Below are positions 9,951 to 19,283 of a DNA stretch of 64,000 nucleotides, piece by piece. The notes beneath the pieces were generated by a model. It worked only from the letters and a program-made list of their open reading frames with translations. It was not told where the DNA came from and made no database searches. Positions within the stretch are counted from its first letter, which is position 1. Each line of letters starts with the position of its first letter. Source of the stretch: Algoriphagus sp. (GTDB lineage: Bacteria; Bacteroidota; Bacteroidia; Cytophagales; Cyclobacteriaceae); NCBI GenBank assembly GCA_048819475.1, contig JBMDXP010000073.1:53998-117997 (forward strand), read 5' to 3'. The translations under genes and the position numbers were made by a program.

Positions 9951-10684
9951 GAAAGTTTGGTTTGATTGGATTCCCCTTGGGTCATTCTTTTTCCAAAAAA
10001 TATTTTTCTGCCAAATTCGAAAGAGAAGGAATAACGGATTGCCTATTTGAACTTTACGAAATCCCAAACATTGCACAATTTCCATCTCTCCTCAAGGAAA
10101 ATAGCGGACTAAAGGGGCTGGCAGTCACTATCCCTTATAAAAATGAGGTAATTTCCTATCTGGATGAATTGGATGAGCACTGCGCAACCATCGGGGCGGT
10201 GAACTGCATTGACATCCAACCCAATAAGCTGAAGGGATATAATACAGATTATATAGGATTCAAAAACTCACTTTCCAAGTGGTTAGGCCATCGCAGACCT
10301 AAAGCACTCGTACTCGGTACAGGTGGAGCTTCAAAGGCTGTCAAGCAGGCGTTGAAAGATAGCGACATTTCATTCATCGGTGTCTCAAGGTCCGCAGGTC
10401 CTGACTTGCTCACATATAGTGATCTCGCTAATGACCCTTCATACCTTCATGAGCACCATTTGATAATCAATACCACCCCATTAGGGACGTTTCCGAAAGT
10501 AGAGGACGTCCCTCCGGTTCCGATAAATCAATTGACAGCATCCCATCTAGTCTATGACTTGGTTTATAACCCAGCTGAGACAGCATTGATGAGGGCATGT
10601 ATAGCCCGTGGTGGAAGCGCAAAGAATGGACTGGAAATGCTTGAGCTCCAAGCGGAAGCAGCTTGGGATATCTGGAATTCATAA
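9947..10684 (+). CDS. aroE: Shikimate dehydrogenase
   Basis: GFPLGHSFS, VTIPYK, GAVN, NTD, LGTGGA, NTTPLG, DLVYNP. Confidence 0.95.
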   Translation: MRKFGLIGFPLGHSFSKKYFSAKFEREGITDCLFELYEIPNIAQFPSLLKENSGLKGLAVTIPYKNEVISYLDELDEHCATIGAVNCIDIQPNKLKGYNTDYIGFKNSLSKWLGHRRPKALVLGTGGASKAVKQALKDSDISFIGVSRSAGPDLLTYSDLANDPSYLHEHHLIINTTPLGTFPKVEDVPPVPINQLTASHLVYDLVYNPAETALMRACIARGGSAKNGLEMLELQAEAAWDIWNS

Positions 10685-10691
10685 TTCTTTT

Positions 10692-11546
10692 ATGAAAAAG
10701 GCAATATTGATCGTCCAATGTCCTGATCAAAAAGGGATCGTGGCCGAAGTTTCCCGGTTCTTATACTCCTATAAAGGAAATATTCTTGAGGTAGATCAGT
10801 ATGTAGATAAAGAGATGGGCACATTCTTCATGCGCTCTGCCTGGGAGGTGGACTCTTTCTTACTACCCAAAGAACAAATTATAGACAGGTTTCGCGAAGA
10901 AGTAGCCAGCAAATTTCAAATGGAGTTTAACCTTCATTTTAATTTTCCCAAACCACGGATGGCTATTTTTGTAAGTAAGCTATCCCATTGCCTGTTTGAC
11001 ATTCTGGGAAGATACCATGCTGGGCAATTGGAAGTGGATATTCCTTTAGTGATTTCAAACCATCTGGTACTTAAAACCATCGTAGAAGCATTTGGGGTTT
11101 CTTTTCACTACATTCCACTGACCTCAGAGACTAAGCCAGCCGCAGAAGCAAGCCAATTAGAGTTGATGAAGTCTGCCAAAATTGACTTTGTAGTCTTAGC
11201 CCGATACATGCAGATTCTTTCCCCAGAATTTATAACCCGTTTTCCTAACAGGATTATCAATATCCACCATTCTTTTTTGCCGGCCTTTGTAGGAGCTCGC
11301 CCTTATCACGCAGCATATGAGCGAGGGGTAAAAATTATAGGCGCTACGGCCCACTACGTCACCGAAGAACTGGATGCGGGCCCCATTATCGAGCAGGATG
11401 TGGCTAGGGTACGTCATCATAATACAGTGACGGAGCTTGTTCAAATAGGCCAGGATATCGAAAAATTAGTACTTTCCAAAGCAATTAAATATCACGTAGA
11501 ACGCAAAGTGCTGGTTTTCCGAAATAAAACTGTCATTTTTTATTGA
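10692..11546 (+). CDS. purU: Formyltetrahydrofolate deformylase
   Basis: ACT domain CPDQKGIVA; LARYMQILS, INIHHSFLP, GATAHYVT; start moved to ATG 10692. Confidence 0.96.
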   Translation: MKKAILIVQCPDQKGIVAEVSRFLYSYKGNILEVDQYVDKEMGTFFMRSAWEVDSFLLPKEQIIDRFREEVASKFQMEFNLHFNFPKPRMAIFVSKLSHCLFDILGRYHAGQLEVDIPLVISNHLVLKTIVEAFGVSFHYIPLTSETKPAAEASQLELMKSAKIDFVVLARYMQILSPEFITRFPNRIINIHHSFLPAFVGARPYHAAYERGVKIIGATAHYVTEELDAGPIIEQDVARVRHHNTVTELVQIGQDIEKLVLSKAIKYHVERKVLVFRNKTVIFY

Positions 11547-12701
11547 TCAAGGAATTACTTTTCTGGGGATATCTTTCGGCAATCTTGTCAGTAATTCGTA
11601 ATTGACTTGCTGTGTAGATTCCGAAAAAGAAGCTACTGTGATTTCCTTGCCTCTCTGTTTGCCTATCAAGATCACTTCATCTCCCATTTTCACGGATTTT
11701 ATCTTGCTGATATCTACCGCTATGGTATTCATGGTGACGGTTCCCACTACCTGGCAGTACTGTCCTGAAATCAACACCCTGCCAAGGTTACTCAGTAATC
11801 TGCTATAGCCATGTCCGTATCCCACAGGGATAATTGCCAGACGCATATTTTCCAATGCCATATAACTATTCCCATACCCTACGAATTCCCCCATTTTCAC
11901 ATCCTTAACACTCATTACTTCCGATTTCCAGGTAATCAATCTCTTCAATGGATTTTTCTTTCCGCGGGAAAGTGAATTAAGCTTAGCAAAAAACGTCTCC
12001 TTGGTAGGCCAAAATCCGTAGCCTGCTATTCCTATTCTCACCATATCCATTATGGTTTCCGGAAAAATCAGAGAAGCTGCTGAACAAGCCGTGTGATACC
12101 TCAAGAAGCCAAGCCCTTCAGCGTTCAAATACTTTCTAAACGCCCCGAAAACCTCGATTTGATTTTTTACCCTCACATAATTACTGACACTTTCTGCGCC
12201 TGCATAATGGGTGCATAGCCCTTCCAGCAGGATATGATCGAGATTGGATAAGAGTAGCTCAGTCAGCTTTTTCCTGTCTTTCCAATCAAACCCTGTCCTA
12301 TAAAACCCCGTCTCAACCTCAATGTGGATCCTTGACTTAATCCCAATCCTCTTTGAAATTGCTATTGTCTTCTGAAGCCTATCAAAATCAAAGACGTAAA
12401 AACTTATTTGTTCCCTGATAAGCTCCTCCAGTTCTTCAGAATGAAGCATCCCCAAAATCATTATTTCAGATCCCTCCTGTGAAGCCGCCACTACCTCCCA
12501 CGCTTCATCTGAACTGAATGTACTGAAATGCCTAATACCTGCTTTTTCGGCAATGCCCACCATCTCTTTTATCCCATGTCCGTAAGCATTCCCCTTTACT
12601 ACAGCTGAGATAGTCGGATAAGATCCGATTTCTTTTCTGATGTATCGTATATTTTGTCTGTAAGCTTTGGCACTAAGTTCCAATGTGGAGGTTGCAATCA
12701 T
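11547..12701 (-). CDS. alr: Stand-alone alanine racemase
   Basis: PLP Lys motif AVVKGNAYGHG; THYA; VGYG, PVGYGHG; VGTVTMN. Confidence 0.93.
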   Translation of the reverse strand: MIATSTLELSAKAYRQNIRYIRKEIGSYPTISAVVKGNAYGHGIKEMVGIAEKAGIRHFSTFSSDEAWEVVAASQEGSEIMILGMLHSEELEELIREQISFYVFDFDRLQKTIAISKRIGIKSRIHIEVETGFYRTGFDWKDRKKLTELLLSNLDHILLEGLCTHYAGAESVSNYVRVKNQIEVFGAFRKYLNAEGLGFLRYHTACSAASLIFPETIMDMVRIGIAGYGFWPTKETFFAKLNSLSRGKKNPLKRLITWKSEVMSVKDVKMGEFVGYGNSYMALENMRLAIIPVGYGHGYSRLLSNLGRVLISGQYCQVVGTVTMNTIAVDISKIKSVKMGDEVILIGKQRGKEITVASFSESTQQVNYELLTRLPKDIPRKVIP

Positions 12702-12959
12702 AGTTTTTTAAGTACAGCCCAAAAATTAAAGGACTCCTTTACGTAATCCAATTGTTATGTGATTTATTCTTACCTACCCCAACAATACCAATCAGCAAAG
12801 AGGTCAAAATAGTTTGTTTCTGATCATTAAAGTTAATTGATTAAAGAATGTAGGAAAATGAGTGGGTCAGCGGAAAAGAACAGGTTCCATTCGCTGTTTT
12901 CACCTGTGGACAGCCATCTTTACCCATAATTTATTGAACGGGCATCATTACGTCCAATT

Positions 12960-12988
12960 GGCAGAGAAGAGCTTCTCTGCCCGTTTTC
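12960..12988. terminator. Hairpin downstream of the antiporter (terminator-like)
   Basis: GGCAGAGAA-GAGC-TTCTCTGCC, 9-bp stem; a short T run follows on the + strand only. Confidence 0.55.
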
Positions 12989-13007
12989 CTAAGCAGGATA
13001 CCCTTTT

Positions 13008-14534
13008 CTATGCAAATGCAAAGAAAACCAACCAGACCAAAAATAAGATCGGAAGCAGAATCGGTAATGAGAACCGAATGATATACCCGAAGAAAGATGG
13101 CATCTTCACGCCACTTTGCTCAGCAATGGACTTTACCATAAAATTTGGACCATTACCGATATAGGTCATCGCTCCAAAAAACACTGAGGCAATTGCAATG
13201 GCCATCAGCTGAAAAGCTGAATCAGGATATCCATCGGCTGCAAATCTTCTCACATCCTCGATGCTGTTGATAGAAGCTCCTTCAGAAGCCATTGCAGCAG
13301 CGAGAAAGTTCAAATAGGTAGGGGCGTTGTCCAAGACTCCAGAGAGAACGCCAGTACCCCAATAGAGTGTGTTATGGGTAATCAATGCTGCTCCTTCCGG
13401 TGATTTGGCAAACGTGCCCACGAGTTCTAAAGCAGGCATCATAGTACCAAAAATCCCAACGAAAATAAATGCTACCTCCCTGATCGGCTCAAAATTAAAT
13501 TCATTGCCTTGAATAGCCCGGTTATCAGCAAACCTGTAAGACAGAAATGCTACTGAAAGCATGATTATTTCACGGAGAAAAGAGATCTTCTGTCCATCAT
13601 AGACTATAGCAGGTACGCCCTCTATCACATTGGGATCCAAAAAAACCGAACAGATAATGATAAACAGCCATCCGAAATTCTTCATTCCGATCAATGAAAA
13701 CTTATTGGTGTAAGTGATAGTTTCCAGTTCGCTGTCATCATTAGCCCTTCCAAACTTCCTGTCGACAATATAAAATACCAACGCAAGAAGAAGAATGGCA
13801 AAGAGCCAATTATCCCAATTGTACTCGAGAGTCCAGAAAAAAGGTATTCCTTTGAGGAAGCCGAGGAATAAAGGAGGGTCTCCAATAGGTGTCAGCGAGC
13901 CACCAATATTACTGACCATAAAAATAAAGAATATGATGTGGTAGGCCTGAACATTTCCTTTGTTCAGTCTGATAAAGGGGCGGATCAAAAGCATGGAAGC
14001 GCCAGTAGTCCCTATAAGATTGGAAACCAATGCGCCCACGAGTAGCAGTGTGACATTGGCCATAGGAGTTGCTTTCTTGTCAATTTCTATCAAAATCCCG
14101 CCTGAAGCAACAAAAAGTGAGGCCAACAAAGCGATAAACTGAACGTATTCGGCTAAGGCATGTACCGGACCGTGTACATTATCCAGTACAAACAGGTAGT
14201 AGAATACTACTAATATAGCCAAGCCTATTGCTATTTTAGGATAGTTCTTGTGCCAAAAATGTTCATAGAACAGTGGGCCTGTTGCAATCATAAGTAATAA
14301 AGCAACAAATGGGATAACCAACCATCCTGGAGCAGCATGATGGTCATCCAGAGATGATGCTAAACCATCCTCTTCATGGGAGGCGTCAAGAATATGCCCA
14401 TCAGTCTGATTATCGGCCTGGGCAAGCATTACTTGCTCTTGGTCTATATTTTGGGCTTGAACAGAAAAAGACTTAAACCCTCCAAAAAATAGAATTCCTA
14501 TGAGTAAAGATAAGCTTAGAATAATATTCTTCAT
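13008..14534 (-). CDS. Putative Na+/H+ antiporter (ion-transporter superfamily, CitMHS_2/DUF1646-like) with His/acid-rich N-terminal extension
   Basis: SNIGGSLTPIGDPPLFLG, LDNAPTY, GAMTYIGNGPNFMVK; many TM helices; start taken at ATG 14534. Confidence 0.82.
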   Translation of the reverse strand: MKNIILSLSLLIGILFFGGFKSFSVQAQNIDQEQVMLAQADNQTDGHILDASHEEDGLASSLDDHHAAPGWLVIPFVALLLMIATGPLFYEHFWHKNYPKIAIGLAILVVFYYLFVLDNVHGPVHALAEYVQFIALLASLFVASGGILIEIDKKATPMANVTLLLVGALVSNLIGTTGASMLLIRPFIRLNKGNVQAYHIIFFIFMVSNIGGSLTPIGDPPLFLGFLKGIPFFWTLEYNWDNWLFAILLLALVFYIVDRKFGRANDDSELETITYTNKFSLIGMKNFGWLFIIICSVFLDPNVIEGVPAIVYDGQKISFLREIIMLSVAFLSYRFADNRAIQGNEFNFEPIREVAFIFVGIFGTMMPALELVGTFAKSPEGAALITHNTLYWGTGVLSGVLDNAPTYLNFLAAAMASEGASINSIEDVRRFAADGYPDSAFQLMAIAIASVFFGAMTYIGNGPNFMVKSIAEQSGVKMPSFFGYIIRFSLPILLPILFLVWLVFFAFA

Positions 14535-14662
14535 TTGTTTAAATAAAATGTGCGGAGATTTCCCGGGGGTTAATTTAAGCAAATTTTTGACTGTTAATAA
14601 TTGCCAGCAACAAGTATTAAACTACATATTTTGCATGAGACGCCACAATCTGAAAATGCAAG

Positions 14663-14697
14663 CCCGATGGATTTAATCAAAAATTAACTCCATCGGG
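14663..14697 (-). terminator. Hairpin after Glu/Leu/Phe/Val dehydrogenase
   Basis: CCCGATGGA / TCCATCGGG 9-bp stem 20 bp past the stop; weak U tract. Confidence 0.5.
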
Positions 14698-14716
14698 TCA
14701 AAGGCAAAGAATGGTT

Positions 14717-15943
14717 TTACACGAGTTGAGCCAGGGCTATTTTAAAGGACGTTTCAGCTAGTTTGGTTTTTCCGCTGTTTTCGTAAAAGGTCTTTTTCAG
14801 TGCATGTTCTATTGTAGAGCTCACGTCTGAGAAAATGGCCTCATCTGTCACTTCCGCCTTCTCACCCATCAAATAAGCAAATACTCTTGCCATACCGCAG
14901 TTTGCGATAAAATCAGGAATCAAAGAAACCTGCTGATCGACCCATACTCCAATAGGGCCAAAAAAAATCTCAGAATCGGCAAACGGAACATTTGCACCAC
15001 AGGAGATCACCTCCAACCCTGACGCCACCATTCGTTCTGCCTGGTGTTTTGTAATCAGTCGGGACGCTGCAGCAGGAATGAAAATCTCACTGGAAACATC
15101 CCATATTCTGTCATTCATCTCTTCAAAACCCAGCATATTTTCCGCCTGCAATTGATTGCCTACACGGTTAAGGAAAAGCTCCCTCACTTCATCTAGACCA
15201 AAGCCCTCTTCCTTGATTACCCCTCCATTTTTATCTATGATCCCCACAATCTTCACTCCCTCCACTGCCAGAAAACAGGCAGCCGCGGCCCCAACATTTC
15301 CCCAGCCCTGGATTACAGCCCGCTTTCCTTGAAGTTTGCCACCCCATATAGTATAATAATGCCTCACCGCTTCGGCCACTCCATATCCGGTAATCATATC
15401 CGCAACAGTATATTTGCGAGTGCCATTCGGCGTATAGTGTGGATCTTCCAGAACTTTGGATACGCCCTGCCGCAACTGCCCTATTTTTCTTATTTTCTGA
15501 GGTTCAGTTGCATGAAAGTGTCCGTTTACTATACCTTCCTGTGGATGCCATAGCCCATATGACTCTGTGATAGGGATCACCTCATGAATCTCATCCACAT
15601 TCAAATCTCCTCCCGTACCATAATAATTCTTCAGAAGGGGAAGCACGGCCTTATACCACCGCTCCAATACTTCATTTTTTCTTGGATCATTGGGATCAAA
15701 GTTAATTCCTGATTTAGCCCCTCCTATTGCAGGGCCGGACACAGTGAATTTTACTTCCATCGTTTTGGCAAGTGATTCCACTTCACGCTTGTCCAGACCT
15801 TTTCTCATTCTGGTTCCTCCTCCGGCTGCTCCACCTCTCAACGAATTGATCACAACCCACCCTTCTGCTTCAGACTCACTGTCACTCCACTCGAAAATGA
15901 TTTCAGGTTGTTTATTCTCAAATTTTTTTAGTAATTCTTGCAT
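14717..15943 (-). CDS. Glu/Leu/Phe/Val dehydrogenase family protein
   Basis: GGGTR, GGAKSG, GGD, TGYGV, QGWGNVG, GAN, PDFIANCG. Confidence 0.92.
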   Translation of the reverse strand: MQELLKKFENKQPEIIFEWSDSESEAEGWVVINSLRGGAAGGGTRMRKGLDKREVESLAKTMEVKFTVSGPAIGGAKSGINFDPNDPRKNEVLERWYKAVLPLLKNYYGTGGDLNVDEIHEVIPITESYGLWHPQEGIVNGHFHATEPQKIRKIGQLRQGVSKVLEDPHYTPNGTRKYTVADMITGYGVAEAVRHYYTIWGGKLQGKRAVIQGWGNVGAAAACFLAVEGVKIVGIIDKNGGVIKEEGFGLDEVRELFLNRVGNQLQAENMLGFEEMNDRIWDVSSEIFIPAAASRLITKHQAERMVASGLEVISCGANVPFADSEIFFGPIGVWVDQQVSLIPDFIANCGMARVFAYLMGEKAEVTDEAIFSDVSSTIEHALKKTFYENSGKTKLAETSFKIALAQLV

Positions 15944-15970
15944 GGTTCTAATTTGGGTTTATATGCACAG

Positions 15971-15978
15971 CAAAAATA
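15971..15978 (-). promoter_or_regulatory. Bacteroidota -7 promoter box (TATTTTTG)
   Basis: Exact TAnnTTTG on the minus strand 27 nt before the dehydrogenase ATG. Confidence 0.65.
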
Positions 15979-16020
15979 GAAAAATAAAGATGCCTGCCTA
16001 TAATTGAATGCAAGGGTATC

Positions 16021-17094
16021 TCACCCATATATGACCCCACCACAACTATCCCGGCTTGCCCCTGTAACGGATGCCAGACAGTTGATCTCATTCCGTAGTC
16101 TTAGTACGCCCAAAAAACCAAAAATAAGAGCCTCCTTGAATTCAATCAACTGGCGGCTGGATGGATAAAGCTTCAAGTTGCCTGACAAGTGATAATTTAA
16201 CCGCTCCTTAAAAAACAGATTATACGCTCCCCCGCCTGTAATCAATACAGAAGGTTCATCCACTAGCTGGTATTTTTTAATGCTTGTAGCTATTTGAAAT
16301 GCATAATGCTCGATCAGGGTAGCCAATACGTCCCTGGGGCTTAAGCCGGAAGCTTGAATCGCAGGGATAAAATCCCTTTCCACATCTTCTCTCCCCAAGG
16401 ATTTTGCCTTGTTGTTTTGATAAAAAGGGAATGCATTCAGCTTAGTATAGAGGCTGTCACAAACTACTCCTTCCTTCGCCCAGTTCCCCAAATTATCAAA
16501 GACTCCACCCAGAATATTCGCCTGGGGGTTCAGCAGAAGGTTAAACGGGCAGCAGTCAAAGGCTATCCTGTGCCCTTTAAATTTGGTGCTCAGATTGGCA
16601 ATGCCTCCAAGATTAATGCAATAATCAACTTCATCAAATAAAAGCCTGTCTCCAACCGGTACCAAGGGGGCTCCTTGCCCTCCGCGTTGCACATCCAGCA
16701 TTCTAAAATCATTGATTACCCTCAGGCCAGTGACCTGATGTAATGCCCAACCATTACCAATCTGTAGTGTTAAGCCTTTCTCCGGCTGATGAAACACAGT
16801 ATGGCCATGGGAGCACACCGCATCGGGTTTTGATGGAGACCCTGAAGTAAAAGACATTACCTGCTCTCCCATCCAACGGCCAAATTCCACATCCAAGAAG
16901 CTCAAATCCAGTGCTGATAGCCTATGGCTATTCATAAGCCTATTGCCCAAGTCTGCAGGAAAAGGAACAGTAGTGGATTTGAGGATTTCATAGTTCCATT
17001 CGCTCTTAAAAGAAAAGGTACAGTGAACCAGGTCCAAGCCATCGCCGGAGGTTCCTGACATCAGCCCTATTATACTGTACTCTATATCTTTCAT
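16021..17094 (-). CDS. anmK: Anhydro-N-acetylmuramic acid kinase
   Basis: IGLMSGTSGDG, SHGHTVFHQP, DFRMLDVQRGGQGAPLVP, NLGGIAN, GGGAYN, KEALIF. Confidence 0.95.
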   Translation of the reverse strand: MKDIEYSIIGLMSGTSGDGLDLVHCTFSFKSEWNYEILKSTTVPFPADLGNRLMNSHRLSALDLSFLDVEFGRWMGEQVMSFTSGSPSKPDAVCSHGHTVFHQPEKGLTLQIGNGWALHQVTGLRVINDFRMLDVQRGGQGAPLVPVGDRLLFDEVDYCINLGGIANLSTKFKGHRIAFDCCPFNLLLNPQANILGGVFDNLGNWAKEGVVCDSLYTKLNAFPFYQNNKAKSLGREDVERDFIPAIQASGLSPRDVLATLIEHYAFQIATSIKKYQLVDEPSVLITGGGAYNLFFKERLNYHLSGNLKLYPSSRQLIEFKEALIFGFLGVLRLRNEINCLASVTGASRDSCGGVIYG

Positions 17095-17124
17095 GGGTTA
17101 AATAATGTTAAGCGCGGCTATTCC

Positions 17125-17132
17125 CAAAGATA
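17125..17132 (-). promoter_or_regulatory. Bacteroidota -7 promoter box (TATCTTTG)
   Basis: Exact TAnnTTTG on the minus strand 30 nt before the anmK ATG. Confidence 0.65.
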
Positions 17133-17195
17133 AATTAACATTCATAAAATGTCCTGTTTTTCAGATTATCTAATTTGCGATACTTTACTGTGTAA

Positions 17196-17912
17196 ATGGG
17201 AAATCTAATTATCGATATCGGAAATACCCGGATTAAATCTGGCCTTTTTGAGGGGACTGAATTGGTGTGGGAAGCTTCTTATGACCTACTTGATGAAGCC
17301 TTAATTCAATGGGCTTCCATTTCATGGAATAAATGCTTCATAAGTTCGGTGAGGTGGAACCTGCAGGAATTACGGGGTTTTTTGCCATTTGATTTCACAT
17401 TGCTAACTTCCCATACGGCACTTCCTATACTAAATAACTATGGAACTCCTGCTACTCTTGGCCTTGATAGAATCGCTGCAGCTGTGGGAGGCTGGACATT
17501 AGCTGGATATGGACCTGTACTGGTGATTGATATGGGAAGCTGCATCACCTATGATTTGGTAGATGACAGTGACAGGTACCTCGGAGGAGCAATAAGCCCC
17601 GGCTTCTTCATGCGGGCCAAAGCCATGCATAGCCAAACAGCAAGGCTTCCTCTGGTTGACTTATCATCGAAGCCGGCGGGACTTTTAGGCAACAATACCA
17701 TTTCATGCATGCAGATTGGGATCTGGTATGGAATTGAATTTGAAATAATTGGCCAAATCCAGGCCTATAGTGAGGAATTTCCAAAAATCAAGGTCTTTGT
17801 TTGTGGAGGAGATGCACAATCTTTTGATTCATTGGCAAAAGACCACATATTTGTAGTCCCAAATTTGGTCCTTCATGGATTGAATCGTATCCTAAACCAT
17901 AATGTTGAGTAA
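17196..17912 (+). CDS. coaX: Type III pantothenate kinase (copy 1)
   Basis: IDIGNTRIK, ISSV, LGLDR, VIDMGSCIT, GGAISPG, GGD. Confidence 0.93.
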   Translation: MGNLIIDIGNTRIKSGLFEGTELVWEASYDLLDEALIQWASISWNKCFISSVRWNLQELRGFLPFDFTLLTSHTALPILNNYGTPATLGLDRIAAAVGGWTLAGYGPVLVIDMGSCITYDLVDDSDRYLGGAISPGFFMRAKAMHSQTARLPLVDLSSKPAGLLGNNTISCMQIGIWYGIEFEIIGQIQAYSEEFPKIKVFVCGGDAQSFDSLAKDHIFVVPNLVLHGLNRILNHNVE

Positions 17913-19185
17913 AATCAAATTGCCATTCCTGGGTGTGATTTCCACCCTTCTCTTATTTTCGGAAGCGAATGCACAGTCCAGTGCATCGACATACAGCGCA
18001 CTGGGGATCGGGGAGTTCAATTATTCCGGTCTTACCCAGAATCAAGCCATGGGAGGATTAGGTATCAGTTTTGGTTCGGGCTGGGGGGCCAATGTGGTCA
18101 ATCCTGCCCTATCCACCAGAAATACCATCTTTAACTTCCAGGCTGCTCTTAATTACAAGAGATTAAATGCTAACAATGGCACCCAGACATCCAACGTGGA
18201 TGGCGGGGGACTTTCCTATCTGGCATTTTCGCTACCGGTCAAGTCAGGCAAAATGACTGCGGGTCTGGGACTGAACCAGCTTACCAGTGTCAATTACCGA
18301 CTATTGATTGAGAGCACAGTGACCAATGCTGAGTTGCAGGCAATCAATTTTATCGAAGGAGATGGAGGTATTTCGGAGGCTTATGCCAATTTCGGATTCA
18401 TAGTCGCAAAAAACCTCAGCTTAGGTGTCCAAGGCTCTTATTTGTTTGGGTCTACTATCAGAACAAATCAGCTTTCTCTATTTGATGATGAATCAAATAA
18501 AGTGGGGACCACTTCTGATTATTACGAAAGATTGTCCATCAGTGACGTAGGTTATAAGTTGGGAGCCCATTACTTTTTCAGGCTGAATGCAAAGAGCAAC
18601 CTTCATATGGGAGCCATTTATCAGCGTTTGGGGGATGTTAATGGAAAAGCTTTTGCCAAGTTGGCCGCAAATGGCCAAGCTAGCAACCCGAATTCGGATG
18701 GCGATCTTATTGCCAATGACGAACCCGGCAGTATCTACATTCCAAATCGCTACGGATTTGGAATAAGCTATGAAAAAACAAATAAATTTGTAATTGGATT
18801 GGAAGGTCAGTATCAGGACTTTAGCCAATACAGGTCATTTCTTGATGATCCTACCCAGTTAAAAGAAGTTATAAAATTAGGATTAGGATTTCAGATTGTT
18901 CCTGATTATTTATCAGTTGATAGCTATTTAAAGCGTAGTACGTACCGATTTGGCTTGGAATATCAGCAAACTCCATACTACCTTAACCAGACTAATATCA
19001 ATGATATTGGCATTAACTTTGGAGCATCTCTTCCTGTAAACCAATTATCACTAATGAATTTCGCTGTAAAAGTTGGCCAACGCGGAACGACAGATAACGG
19101 ATTAATCAGAGAAAATTACCTTAACTTCACCTTAGGGTTTTCACTGAATGACAACAGTTGGTTTTACAAACGAGTATTTGAATAA
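17902..19185 (+). CDS. Outer-membrane beta-barrel protein (FadL/OmpP1-like fold, uncharacterised)
   Basis: Signal peptide; YSALGIG...AMGGLG, NPA near the N-terminus; alternating amphipathic strands; aromatic C-terminus. Confidence 0.75.
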   Translation: MLSKIKLPFLGVISTLLLFSEANAQSSASTYSALGIGEFNYSGLTQNQAMGGLGISFGSGWGANVVNPALSTRNTIFNFQAALNYKRLNANNGTQTSNVDGGGLSYLAFSLPVKSGKMTAGLGLNQLTSVNYRLLIESTVTNAELQAINFIEGDGGISEAYANFGFIVAKNLSLGVQGSYLFGSTIRTNQLSLFDDESNKVGTTSDYYERLSISDVGYKLGAHYFFRLNAKSNLHMGAIYQRLGDVNGKAFAKLAANGQASNPNSDGDLIANDEPGSIYIPNRYGFGISYEKTNKFVIGLEGQYQDFSQYRSFLDDPTQLKEVIKLGLGFQIVPDYLSVDSYLKRSTYRFGLEYQQTPYYLNQTNINDIGINFGASLPVNQLSLMNFAVKVGQRGTTDNGLIRENYLNFTLGFSLNDNSWFYKRVFE

Positions 19186-19283
19186 AACATAAACAAATTA
19201 TAGTCTTCGAGTGGTTATTCTATAGTCTAAAGATTGGAATTAAACACCCGAATCAACAATCGCCGAATTAAACCATTTAACAG

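Noticed and set aside
14535-14716. Na+/Li+ or fluoride riboswitch upstream of the antiporter
   Set aside because: No nhaA-I, DUF1646 or crcB consensus visible; only a terminator-like hairpin
19199-19275. TATAGTCT repeated at a 22-bp period and GAATTAAAC repeats; AATTAAACCA also at 44865 and 58185
   Set aside because: Short AT-rich words consistent with generic Bacteroidota A-rich leaders; not distinguishable from chance
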